Source: an uncultured Rikenellaceae bacterium
GTDB lineage: Bacteria; Bacteroidota; Bacteroidia; Bacteroidales; VadinHA17
Direction: 5' to 3'
DNA: 64,000 nt
Assembly (NCBI GenBank): GCA_963818525.1
Contig: CAWFSO010000005.1
Location: 787,087 to 851,086 of the forward strand
Made by a program: the position numbers and the translations under genes. Of the stretch, positions 51,024-61,045 are shown one piece after another; position 1 is the stretch's first letter, and the number at the start of each line of letters is the position of its first letter. The notes beneath the pieces were generated by a model. That model worked only from the letters and a program-made list of their open reading frames with translations, made no database searches and had not been told where the DNA came from.

Positions 51024-52133
51024 ATGTCACATACATCACTTGTGCACAGGATCGCCCTTGGCATGATACCGGGCGTTGGGGATATCACGGCCCGCAAGCT
51101 TGTCTCATATGCCGGCAGCGTGGATGCCGTCTTCACCGAATCTTACCGCAACCTGACCAAAATCCCCGGCGTGGGAGAGGCCCTGGCAAAGGCCGTCGCA
51201 GGCCATGAATACCTCGATGCAGCGGCAGAAGAGGCGGAGTTTGTGGAGAAGCACGGCATAAAGGTCTTCTTCTACCTTGACGACGACTATCCCCTGCGCC
51301 TCCGCCAGTGCGAAGACTCACCCGTCACCTTCTTCCTCAGGGGCAACGCCGACCTCCATGCCCCGATGATACTGAGCGTGGTGGGCACCCGTCATGCCAC
51401 CCAGCACGGACGCGAGCTCTGCCAGAAGATCATTGCTGGACTGGCGGAGCACTTCCCTGATCTGCTTATAGTTAGCGGGCTGGCTTACGGGATTGACATA
51501 GCTGCCCATAAGGCTGCAATTGCGGCAGGACTGCCTACAGCCGCCGTGCTGGGTCACGGCCTGAAGACCATATACCCCTCCGTTCATGCTGGCGTGGCAA
51601 GAGCGATGCTGAAAAACGGTGGGCACATCACAGATTTTTCATCATCAACACTGCCGGAGAGAAACAACTTCATCAGGCGCAACCGCATCATCGCCGGCAT
51701 CTCCGATGCCACGCTGATAATAGAATCAGGCATCAAGGGCGGAGCCTTGATCACGGCAGACATCGCCTCCTCGTATAACCGCGACGTGATGGCTGTCCCT
51801 GGCCGTCCGGGCGACGAGTGGTCAGCCGGGTGTAACGCGCTCATCAGGTGCAATAAGGCTGCCCTGGTAGAGAAGTGCAGCGATATAGAATACTTTCTGG
51901 GATGGAAGCCTGCCGCACTCACGGCGCCGGTACAGACAGTACTCTTCACGGGAATGACCGACAATGAAAAGCAAATACTGGCCGCTTTGAAGAGCGAGGG
52001 CGACCTCACCATGGATGCCATGGCGCGGATGCTTGAGATGCCTGTTTACAAATTATCCACGGTGCTGCTCCAGATGGAACTGGCAGGCCTGATCACCCCG
52101 TGCCCGGGAAGCGTCTACCGGATAAGGGGGTAG
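51024..52133 (+). CDS. dprA: DNA-processing protein DprA (Smf)
   Basis: The start is taken at ATG 51024 (MSHTSLVHRIALGMIPGVGDITARKL). Central Rossmann region VVGTRHAT..GLAYGIDIAAHKAA and a C-terminal winged-helix domain. The ORF-track start at 50931 runs through the heptamer array. Confidence 0.88.
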   Translation: MSHTSLVHRIALGMIPGVGDITARKLVSYAGSVDAVFTESYRNLTKIPGVGEALAKAVAGHEYLDAAAEEAEFVEKHGIKVFFYLDDDYPLRLRQCEDSPVTFFLRGNADLHAPMILSVVGTRHATQHGRELCQKIIAGLAEHFPDLLIVSGLAYGIDIAAHKAAIAAGLPTAAVLGHGLKTIYPSVHAGVARAMLKNGGHITDFSSSTLPERNNFIRRNRIIAGISDATLIIESGIKGGALITADIASSYNRDVMAVPGRPGDEWSAGCNALIRCNKAALVEKCSDIEYFLGWKPAALTAPVQTVLFTGMTDNEKQILAALKSEGDLTMDAMARMLEMPVYKLSTVLLQMELAGLITPCPGSVYRIRG

Positions 52134-52176
52134 AAACGGAAGGAGAGGGAGGATCTGCACATCTCCTCATAAGGGG

Positions 52177-52215
52177 TAAAAACAGGAAGAGACGTACAGT
52201 ATGCACGTCTCCTCC
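52177..52215 (-). terminator. terminator after gdhA
   Basis: 11-bp stem GGAAGAGACGT/ACGTCTCCTCC (one mismatch) with a 9-nt loop. The reverse strand continues CTGTTTTTA. Confidence 0.6.
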
Positions 52216-52238
52216 TCATATATAGTATGGGTTCGGAA

Positions 52239-53642
<1,404 letters not shown>

Positions 53643-53686
53643 TCAGTCATGAAAAATGACTTTGCTCATGTTTTGTCTGATAAGGA

Positions 53687-54169
53687 CTAACCTGCTGATT
53701 TATAAATATTAAGAGCTTCGGAGATTCTGGCTCTCTGCTTTCTCGAGAGGGCTGTTATGCTGACCGGGGTGTATGCGGCCTTCTTCCCCTGTATCTTCTG
53801 GTAGAGAGTGAGATATTGATGCAGACCCATCAGTTTTCCGGTCATCTCATAACCAGCAAATCTATCGGTTGGGATCTCAATGCTCTTGCTCTCCCCGGGC
53901 ATCAGTCCCGTCTTGTACCATCGGAGGGTTATATTCCTTTCATCTGAAGAGAAATAGATGTACCTGTATTTCATTATGGCCGGCCAGAAGAGTGTGACCA
54001 TGTAGACAACCGTGACTGTCGCCGTCATGATATTGACGCTGTTCTCGCTCATCGCATGCCTGAATACTTTTTCGAAATATGCCAGGAAAATATACAATAC
54101 ATAAATCAGTGTCGAGATGAAGCCGATAAGCCTGAGCAGCACTATCTTTTTGCCGTTGTCAATGGTCAT
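53687..54169 (-). CDS. hypothetical membrane protein (two N-terminal TM segments, soluble C-terminal domain)
   Basis: 160-aa ORF with its own perfect -7 box (reverse strand TAGGTTTG at 54194-54187, 18 nt upstream). Confidence 0.55.
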   Translation of the reverse strand: MTIDNGKKIVLLRLIGFISTLIYVLYIFLAYFEKVFRHAMSENSVNIMTATVTVVYMVTLFWPAIMKYRYIYFSSDERNITLRWYKTGLMPGESKSIEIPTDRFAGYEMTGKLMGLHQYLTLYQKIQGKKAAYTPVSITALSRKQRARISEALNIYKSAG

Positions 54170-54232
54170 TGCCTTGCTATTTTTAACAAACCTAAGAAAT
54201 TTATTTCAATTGACTTTCAGGAAAAAAGAAGC

Positions 54233-54676
54233 TTACTGTCGCTTTTTCAGGAAGAACTTTTTCATCAGTCCGGAGCACTCACCGGAGAGCACTCCGCTGC
54301 GTACTTCGGTTTTGGGATGGAGTATTTCAGCGCCGGTTGTGGTATATCCCTTTTTCGGATCCGGGGCACCGTAGACCACTGCCGAGATCTGGCTCCATGC
54401 CAGCGCCCCGGCGCACATCACGCAGGGCTCGACGGTCACGTAGATGGTGCAGTCGGTCAGGTACTTTCCCCCGAGATACGATGTGGCTGCCGTGATGGCC
54501 TGCATCTCGGCATGGGCTGTTGGATCGTTAAGGGTCTCTGTGAGGTTGTGAGCGCGGGCAATAATGCTTTTTCCCGCCACAATGACTGCCCCCACCGGCA
54601 CCTCGTCGCGCTCAGCGGCCCTGGCTGCTTCGGCTATGGCCATTCGCATGTAATATTCGTCGCTGCCGGGTTCCAT
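54233..54676 (-). CDS. tadA: tRNA adenosine(34) deaminase TadA
   Basis: 147 aa. HAEMQAI and PCVMCAGAL zinc-binding motifs. Confidence 0.9.
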   Translation of the reverse strand: MEPGSDEYYMRMAIAEAARAAERDEVPVGAVIVAGKSIIARAHNLTETLNDPTAHAEMQAITAATSYLGGKYLTDCTIYVTVEPCVMCAGALAWSQISAVVYGAPDPKKGYTTTGAEILHPKTEVRSGVLSGECSGLMKKFFLKKRQ

Positions 54677-54680
54677 TAAA

Positions 54681-55535
54681 TCAGTTTTTAGGTTCCGGAT
54701 GGATGACTACGCTTATGTCCCTGAATTCGCGCTCAAGCCTCTCCTCAATCAGGTCACACTGTTTGTGGATGGTCTCGATGGTCTCCTGTGCCGGCACGTC
54801 GAGGTGGAACTCCACGAACCGCTGATGCCCCGCAGCCCGGGTACGCAGGCCATGGTACTTCACCTCCATCTCTCCGAGGATGCTTTCCAGTTTCTTAAGT
54901 TCCGCGGGTGACAGTGCAGTGTCGAGCAGAGGTGAGAAGGCTTTCCTGAGAAGCATCCATGACTCATATATTATAAGAAGTGCAACAAGCATCGCTATTA
55001 TCGGGTCAAGGATGTGCCATCCCGTGAGCCACATGAGAGCCAGTCCCACTGCAACTCCGGCCGAGGTAATGACATCGGTCTTCAGGTGCAGTGCATCAGC
55101 CTCGAGGGCTACGGAGTCAGTCTCCCTGGCAACCTTATAAAGCCTTCGAGAGACGAAGACATTGACCACTGCGGAAATAGCCATGACGAGGATACCCAAT
55201 CCAAGCACCCCGGGTTCCTCGGGATGGATGAATTTTTTAATTGCCTCGGTTATGATCCATGCAGATGCGGCAAATATGAGTACCGCTTCAATGACACCCG
55301 AAACATTCTCAACTTTCCCGTGGCCGAAGGGGTGTCTTTCATCAGCCGGATTCCCCGAGACCTTCACTGCAAAGTAGGCAATCACCGCTGCCACAAGGTC
55401 CAGCGATGAATGGATGGCTTCGGACAGGATACTTACAGAGTTGGTCACCAGTCCAACCGCAAGTTTCATGATGATCAGCAGGGTGTTTGACATCACCGAC
55501 AGCCTCGCTGTCTTCGTTTTAAGCCTTGTTGACAT
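54681..55535 (-). CDS. cation diffusion facilitator family transporter
   Basis: The start is taken at ATG 55535 (MSTRLKTKTARLSVMSNTLLIIMKL). Six TM segments (SEAIHSSLDLVAA, HLKTDVITS) and a C-terminal cytoplasmic domain. The longer ORF-track start would overlap the aspS promoter. Confidence 0.85.
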   Translation of the reverse strand: MSTRLKTKTARLSVMSNTLLIIMKLAVGLVTNSVSILSEAIHSSLDLVAAVIAYFAVKVSGNPADERHPFGHGKVENVSGVIEAVLIFAASAWIITEAIKKFIHPEEPGVLGLGILVMAISAVVNVFVSRRLYKVARETDSVALEADALHLKTDVITSAGVAVGLALMWLTGWHILDPIIAMLVALLIIYESWMLLRKAFSPLLDTALSPAELKKLESILGEMEVKYHGLRTRAAGHQRFVEFHLDVPAQETIETIHKQCDLIEERLEREFRDISVVIHPEPKN

Positions 55536-55628
55536 ACTGGTAAAGGGGTCTCCGATTTTATGCAATTTTAGGAAAAATGATTGAAAAGTCAGCGGAAAGT
55601 TATTACCGGTTATTACCGGGAATAATCT

Positions 55629-55636
55629 TATTTTTG
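55629..55636 (+). promoter_or_regulatory. -7 box (TATTTTTG) upstream of aspS
   Basis: Perfect TAnnTTTG 20 nt upstream of the aspS ATG. Confidence 0.4.
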
Positions 55637-55655
55637 TCTCCTCAATAATATAGAA

Positions 55656-57419
55656 ATGTACAGGACACACACTTGCGGAGAGCTGTCAATCAGCAATAAA
55701 GGAGAAAAGGTAACACTGTCGGGATGGGTTCAGAGATCGAGGGATCTGGGGGGGATGACCTTTATCGACCTGCGCGACCGCTATGGCATCACCCAGCTGG
55801 TTTTCAACATGGAGACGGATGCTTCGCTCTGCGATAAAGCCCGGAAACTTGGGCGCGAGTTTGTGGTTCAGGTTACCGGGAGTGTTGCCGAACGCAGCAA
55901 CAAGAACCCGAAGATGGCCACGGGCGACATCGAGATAATTACTGAGACCGTGGAGATCCTCAATACTTCCGATCTTCCTCCCTTTACCATCGAGGATAAT
56001 ACTGACGGCGGTGATGAGCTTCGGATGAAATACCGTTACCTCGACCTGCGCCGGCAGAATGTGCGCTCTAATATTATCCTGAGGCATAAGATGGCACAGG
56101 AGGCGAGGCGCTACCTCGACGGAGAGGGCTTCATTGAGGTGGAGACGCCGGTGCTTATCAAATCGACTCCTGAGGGGGCGCGCGACTTCGTGGTGCCGTC
56201 AAGGCTCCACAATGGCGAGTTCTACGCTCTGCCGCAGAGCCCGCAGACATTCAAGCAATTGCTGATGGTTGCCGGGTTCGACAAGTACTTCCAGATAGTG
56301 AAGTGCTTCCGCGACGAGGACCTGCGGGCCGACCGCCAGCCCGAGTTCACACAGATAGACTGCGAGATGTCATTCATTCACCAGGAGGACATACTGAATA
56401 CCTTCGAGGGGCTGGCGCGCCATCTGTTCCGCGCGGTAAGGGGACTGGAGTTCGGGGAGCCTTTTCCGCGGATGCCCTATGAAGAGGCGATGAGCCGCTA
56501 CGGATCGGACAAGCCCGACATCAGGTTTGAGATGTGCATCACGGATATAACCAAAGCTGTCAGGGGAAGGAATTTTCCGCCGTTTGACGGTGCTCAGTAT
56601 ATCGGGGCTATCAATGCTCCGGGGTGTGGCGCCTATTCGCGGAAACAGCTCGATGAGCTTACAGAGTGGGTCAGACGTCCGCAGATAGGGGCAAGCGGGC
56701 TTGTCTGGGCGCGGGTTGAAGCCGACGGGTCGGTCAGGTCATCGGTAGATAAGTATTACACCGCTGATGACCTCGCCAATATTGCCCTTATGACTGGAGC
56801 GGATGCCGGCGACCTTATACTGGTACTGGCGGGAGCGAGGGAGAAGACTCTCACCGCCCTTGGCGAGCTGCGCCTTGAGATGGGCAGGCGACTGGGATTG
56901 CGTGATGCCTCTGTCTATGCACCGCTGTGGGTCGTCGACTTTCCTTTACTTGAGTGGGATGAGCAGACGGGCCGGTTCTATGCCAAGCACCATCCATTCA
57001 CGGCTCCTAAGGCGGAGGACCTGCAGTACATGGAGAGCGATCCGGCCAGGGTGCACGCCAATGCCTATGACCTGGTCATCAACGGCACGGAGATAGGAGG
57101 GGGATCGATACGTATACACGATCCGCAGACACAGTCGCTGATGTTCCGCACGCTGGGCTTTACTGAGGAGGAGGCACAGAAGCAGTTCGGCTTCCTGCTC
57201 AACGCCTTCAGGTTCGGCGCTCCGCCGCATGGTGGAATCGCTTTCGGTTTTGACAGGTGGACGGCCATCATGGGAGGGTCGGATACAATCCGCGACTACA
57301 TCGCCTTCCCGAAGAACAACCAGGCACGCGACGTGATGATTGACACACCTTCAACAATTAAGGCCGAACAGCTTGATGAGCTGGGGATATCGATTAAAAA
57401 AACGGCGGGGAAATCCTGA
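55656..57419 (+). CDS. aspS: aspartate--tRNA ligase
   Basis: 587 aa. [26 protein letters not shown], and class II motif 3 [11 protein letters not shown]. Confidence 0.96.
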   Translation: MYRTHTCGELSISNKGEKVTLSGWVQRSRDLGGMTFIDLRDRYGITQLVFNMETDASLCDKARKLGREFVVQVTGSVAERSNKNPKMATGDIEIITETVEILNTSDLPPFTIEDNTDGGDELRMKYRYLDLRRQNVRSNIILRHKMAQEARRYLDGEGFIEVETPVLIKSTPEGARDFVVPSRLHNGEFYALPQSPQTFKQLLMVAGFDKYFQIVKCFRDEDLRADRQPEFTQIDCEMSFIHQEDILNTFEGLARHLFRAVRGLEFGEPFPRMPYEEAMSRYGSDKPDIRFEMCITDITKAVRGRNFPPFDGAQYIGAINAPGCGAYSRKQLDELTEWVRRPQIGASGLVWARVEADGSVRSSVDKYYTADDLANIALMTGADAGDLILVLAGAREKTLTALGELRLEMGRRLGLRDASVYAPLWVVDFPLLEWDEQTGRFYAKHHPFTAPKAEDLQYMESDPARVHANAYDLVINGTEIGGGSIRIHDPQTQSLMFRTLGFTEEEAQKQFGFLLNAFRFGAPPHGGIAFGFDRWTAIMGGSDTIRDYIAFPKNNQARDVMIDTPSTIKAEQLDELGISIKKTAGKS

Positions 57420-57610
57420 TACGAATTTGCCTGAGTACTCTGGCATTTGAGATGGCCGGGCCTGGGTGGAAGCTTGTCATGTGATGACCGGTTGCAGGCT
57501 TGCGGCTCATCCACCGATGCCGGGATTGGAGCTCACCCTATAACATCCGGCATAATGATTCCGGCGCGGCATTGGATGACCGGGGTCCTGATTCAGGCGC
57601 GCATGTTCCC

Positions 57611-60163
57611 TTATTCCTTGATTTTATGGGTAATCTTTTTCGGAGCGGCCTTCAGGTCGTGCGGCTTCTTATAAGGGATCGAGAAACAGAATAGTGATCC
57701 TTCTCCGGGAGTTGAGATGAGCCATATCGATCCTCCGAGGAGTTCGACATAAGCCTTCGATATTGACAATCCGAGACCCGTGCCGCTGTACTGTTTCGAG
57801 CTCGGACCCTCCACCTGGAAGAACCTCTCAAAGACCTTCTGCTGGTTCTCCGGGGAGATACCGATTCCGGTGTCCGAGACAAAGAACTCAACAGTTTCGC
57901 CCCTGACGACATACCCCAGTTCGATTCTTCCCTGGCGGGTGAACCTCAGCGCATTGTTAAGCAGGTTGGAAAATACCTGTATTACCTTGACCTCATCTGT
58001 AACCACCAGGGCATCGTTATCATCAAGGTGGGTCGTGGAATTAAGTGCCAGTCCCTGCTGCTGTGCCCGCACCCGGTATTGATCGTGGAGGTGCCTGATC
58101 ATGGTGTTCAGGTTGACGGTTGTGCGGCTGACCTTAACCTGTCCCGTTTCGATGTTCGAGATGTCGACGATGTCTGTGATGATGGAGAGCAGCTGGTTGC
58201 TTGACTGATATATAATATCTATGTACTCCCTGCGGCTTTCTTCGGTGGTGTCAGGAGAGTCGAGCAGGGTGGTGAAGCCAACGATGGCATTCATCGGGGT
58301 GCGAATCTCGTGGGAGATATTATGCAGGAAGGCAGTTTTTAGCTTATCGCTCTGCTCAGCCTTGTCTCTTGCCCTGATCAGTTCCTCCTCAATCCTCTTT
58401 CTTTCAGTGATGTCGGAGATAAATCCCTCGAGAGCCACCAGCTCATCGCTCTCATAATAACCGCGTCCCCTTTCCCAGACCCATTTTTTGCTTCCTGATG
58501 AAGTGATGATCCGATATTCGATGGTATAGAGGTAGCCGGTGTTCAGGGCGGTATGTATCTCCTCCCAGACCCGTTTTACGTCATCCGGGTCAATTATAGA
58601 TTTATAGGTACGTATCTTATTGCCTATGAACTCATTGGGGAGGTATCCGGCCAGCTCGTAGATACCGTCGCTGATATACTGCATGGTCCAGTCGGTGTCA
58701 TTGTTGCAGCGGAAGACCACCCCGCGGAGGTTGTTGATGATGGTGCTCAGTTTCTTGTTGCTCTCCTTCATCTCCTCCTCGGTGCGTTTGCGTTCGGAGA
58801 TATCGCGGCCGATGCTCTGATAGAAACGTACGCCGTCGACCTCCACGGTGTAGGCGCTTATCTCTATGGGGAAGGTTGTTCCGTCGCTGCGTTCATGAAC
58901 GGTTTCGATATATGAGGAGCCGGTCTCATTAAGTTCCTGGACATGCTTCTCAAGCAAAGGGGCCTCATACGGCGTACGAATTTCCGAGATATTCATTCCA
59001 ATGAGTTTCTCGCGCGGATAGCCGTAGGTCTGTATGGCGCATCCGTTCGCCTCGACTATATTCATATTACTGTCTATCAGCAAAATGATGTCGTTGCCGT
59101 GTTTCATCACAAAGTCGAAGTGCTTCATGATGGCCTGCCGGTTCAGCTCCTCCTTCTGTTTTTCACGCAGGTACCGGGCTTTTGTTGATTTTATTATCAG
59201 GTAGGCGATGCTTGCGAGGGCCAGGTAGACGAGGCCCATGATGCCCCAGAGCATGGTTATCTCGCGCATAAACCTTTCCAGGATCTCCTCGGTCTCCTTT
59301 TTGGCGATGAGGTACCATTGCGTGCCGGGCACCTTTTTGACTGAGGCCACCACTTCGGTGCCTGTGTAATCGGTGTATGTCCTCGCCTCCGTCTCTTCCG
59401 CCGGAGGGTTAATTGCGCTGAGCTCCATTTCTCCGGCGGCGAAGTTGACGGGCCGGTCATATCCCGCCAGCCTTGAGCCGTTGAGGTATACCACTGAGTC
59501 GCCTTCGAACCTGAACAGGATGCACTCGGTTGTTCTTCCCGGGGTGGGCCAGGTGGAGAGCATGGGGAAGAGTTCCTTTTCGGGATCGATCCTTATCACC
59601 AGCACACCTGCCAGTACGGTGTCTCCCTCGTGGGGCATCCTCATTGGGATGAGCAGGTCGAGGTGAAGGTATTTAACCACCGTGGCCGTGTGGAATTCTG
59701 ACAGAAAGATGACCGGGTTGGAGATTGAGGCGGTGATATTGCGTCTCAGGAATTCCCCTGTTGCCGACTCTGATGCAGGAACGGCAAGTCCGGGGTTTCC
59801 TCCGGCATCCACCAGTACGACACCGCCAAAATCGTAGTTTTCAATAAGTGTCTTCAGGAACTGTTCCAGTCGCGCCTTCTCCCACTGGGGCCTCTCCTTG
59901 ATGAACATGGCATCGATGTTTTCCACCAGGGTGACATTTTCATGGATAAGCCTTGCGTCATTGAGTTTTTCGCTTCTCCATTTGGCAACCTGTTCGGCCT
60001 TAAGGCGGGCGACTGCCTCCATCTCAGTGGCGGCATCGCGCAGTATTCTCTCCCTCTGTCCGGATGAATATAGCAGGATCACGGCTGTCAGCATTGCTGC
60101 GGTGAACAGCAGCACACTGATGGAGGTCCAGGGGAAGGGCGACTTGGTGCTCTTGTTTTTCAT
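57611..60163 (-). CDS. multi-sensor histidine kinase (periplasmic sensor region, two PAS domains, HisKA, HATPase_c; no receiver)
   Basis: 850 aa with two TM segments flanking a ~270-aa extracytoplasmic region. PAS-like blocks, H-box SHEIRTPMNAIVGF, G-boxes DTGIGI and GTGLGLSI. Confidence 0.88.
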   Translation of the reverse strand: MKNKSTKSPFPWTSISVLLFTAAMLTAVILLYSSGQRERILRDAATEMEAVARLKAEQVAKWRSEKLNDARLIHENVTLVENIDAMFIKERPQWEKARLEQFLKTLIENYDFGGVVLVDAGGNPGLAVPASESATGEFLRRNITASISNPVIFLSEFHTATVVKYLHLDLLIPMRMPHEGDTVLAGVLVIRIDPEKELFPMLSTWPTPGRTTECILFRFEGDSVVYLNGSRLAGYDRPVNFAAGEMELSAINPPAEETEARTYTDYTGTEVVASVKKVPGTQWYLIAKKETEEILERFMREITMLWGIMGLVYLALASIAYLIIKSTKARYLREKQKEELNRQAIMKHFDFVMKHGNDIILLIDSNMNIVEANGCAIQTYGYPREKLIGMNISEIRTPYEAPLLEKHVQELNETGSSYIETVHERSDGTTFPIEISAYTVEVDGVRFYQSIGRDISERKRTEEEMKESNKKLSTIINNLRGVVFRCNNDTDWTMQYISDGIYELAGYLPNEFIGNKIRTYKSIIDPDDVKRVWEEIHTALNTGYLYTIEYRIITSSGSKKWVWERGRGYYESDELVALEGFISDITERKRIEEELIRARDKAEQSDKLKTAFLHNISHEIRTPMNAIVGFTTLLDSPDTTEESRREYIDIIYQSSNQLLSIITDIVDISNIETGQVKVSRTTVNLNTMIRHLHDQYRVRAQQQGLALNSTTHLDDNDALVVTDEVKVIQVFSNLLNNALRFTRQGRIELGYVVRGETVEFFVSDTGIGISPENQQKVFERFFQVEGPSSKQYSGTGLGLSISKAYVELLGGSIWLISTPGEGSLFCFSIPYKKPHDLKAAPKKITHKIKE

Positions 60164-60358
60164 CTGGTTCCTGCGGGTTGATTTACAACCGTAGCATGAA
60201 GATAATATAATGACAAAGATACAACCGGGGAGGCTGATTGATTATTGTGCTCCGGCAGGAAATAAAATATCATTTCATCACCCTCGGGTGAAGAATCAAT
60301 ATGGGGGGGTTGGAAAAGGCCTGTATCTGTATCCGGATAGGATCCGGAAGGCGCCGCT

Positions 60359-60460
60359 CTATTTTGCGCTTTTCTTTTCTTTTTTCTCCTTACGCTTCTC
60401 CTTCAGGCTCTTCGTCGGCTCTTTCTTCTGGCTCTTCTTGGTAACAAGTCCTTTTGTCAT
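60359..60460 (-). CDS. candidate 33-aa lysine-rich micro-protein
   Basis: Own translation: MTKGLVTKKSQKKEPTKSLKEKRKEKKEKKSAK. It is below the ORF-track cutoff. A hairpin (TCACCC..GGGTGA) lies downstream. Coding status is uncertain. Confidence 0.25.
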   Translation of the reverse strand: MTKGLVTKKSQKKEPTKSLKEKRKEKKEKKSAK

Positions 60461-61045
60461 AACTCTAAAATTATGATTAGCAATAATTTACATTCGCGTG
60501 TTTACTTTCGCTTCAGTCACTTTAAAAATAAGTTCAAAGAATTGAAATTACAACCATTGTTGATTAAAAGCTGAAAAAAATGCATGGGTTACTGTTTGTG
60601 AGTGGCTCCTTAAAAGGCTTGGTCTCAGGAAGAGTTATTTTGACCTATGATTAATGCTGTTTAGTCAAATAAAATCTGTTTTGTATTTCAATTAGTTTAA
60701 TTTTAGAGTCGATTTTAAGGCTGAGCATATTTTTATTCTAAACGGACCTTCTGTCATTTCGGCAGAGGTTTGCATCCTTCACGGTTGTGATAATTGTGTG
60801 CCAGCTCTTCACCGGAATTTTCACCGGGAGCCTGGCATTCCTTTTTTCAGGCTCATTTCAGAGGTCGGTCCAGTGTGACTGACGGAACGAAGGTTTATTC
60901 AGGATCAATCGGAATGATTTGTTAACAATCAGGATTACAGCATTATAGCTATTCGTATTTCAATTTAAACCGGGCAACTGTAATTGAGTAAATCGTGGTA
61001 GTAAATACTATAGAATCTGAAAAGTTCATAATACTATAATTGATT

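Noticed and set aside
57420-57610. 190-nt GC-rich spacer between converging aspS and the PAS kinase, with short repeats (GATGACCGG twice, ATGCCGG/CCGGCAT)
   Set aside because: There is no convincing ORF, RNA fold or terminator. It could be a decayed gene remnant, but I cannot support any call.
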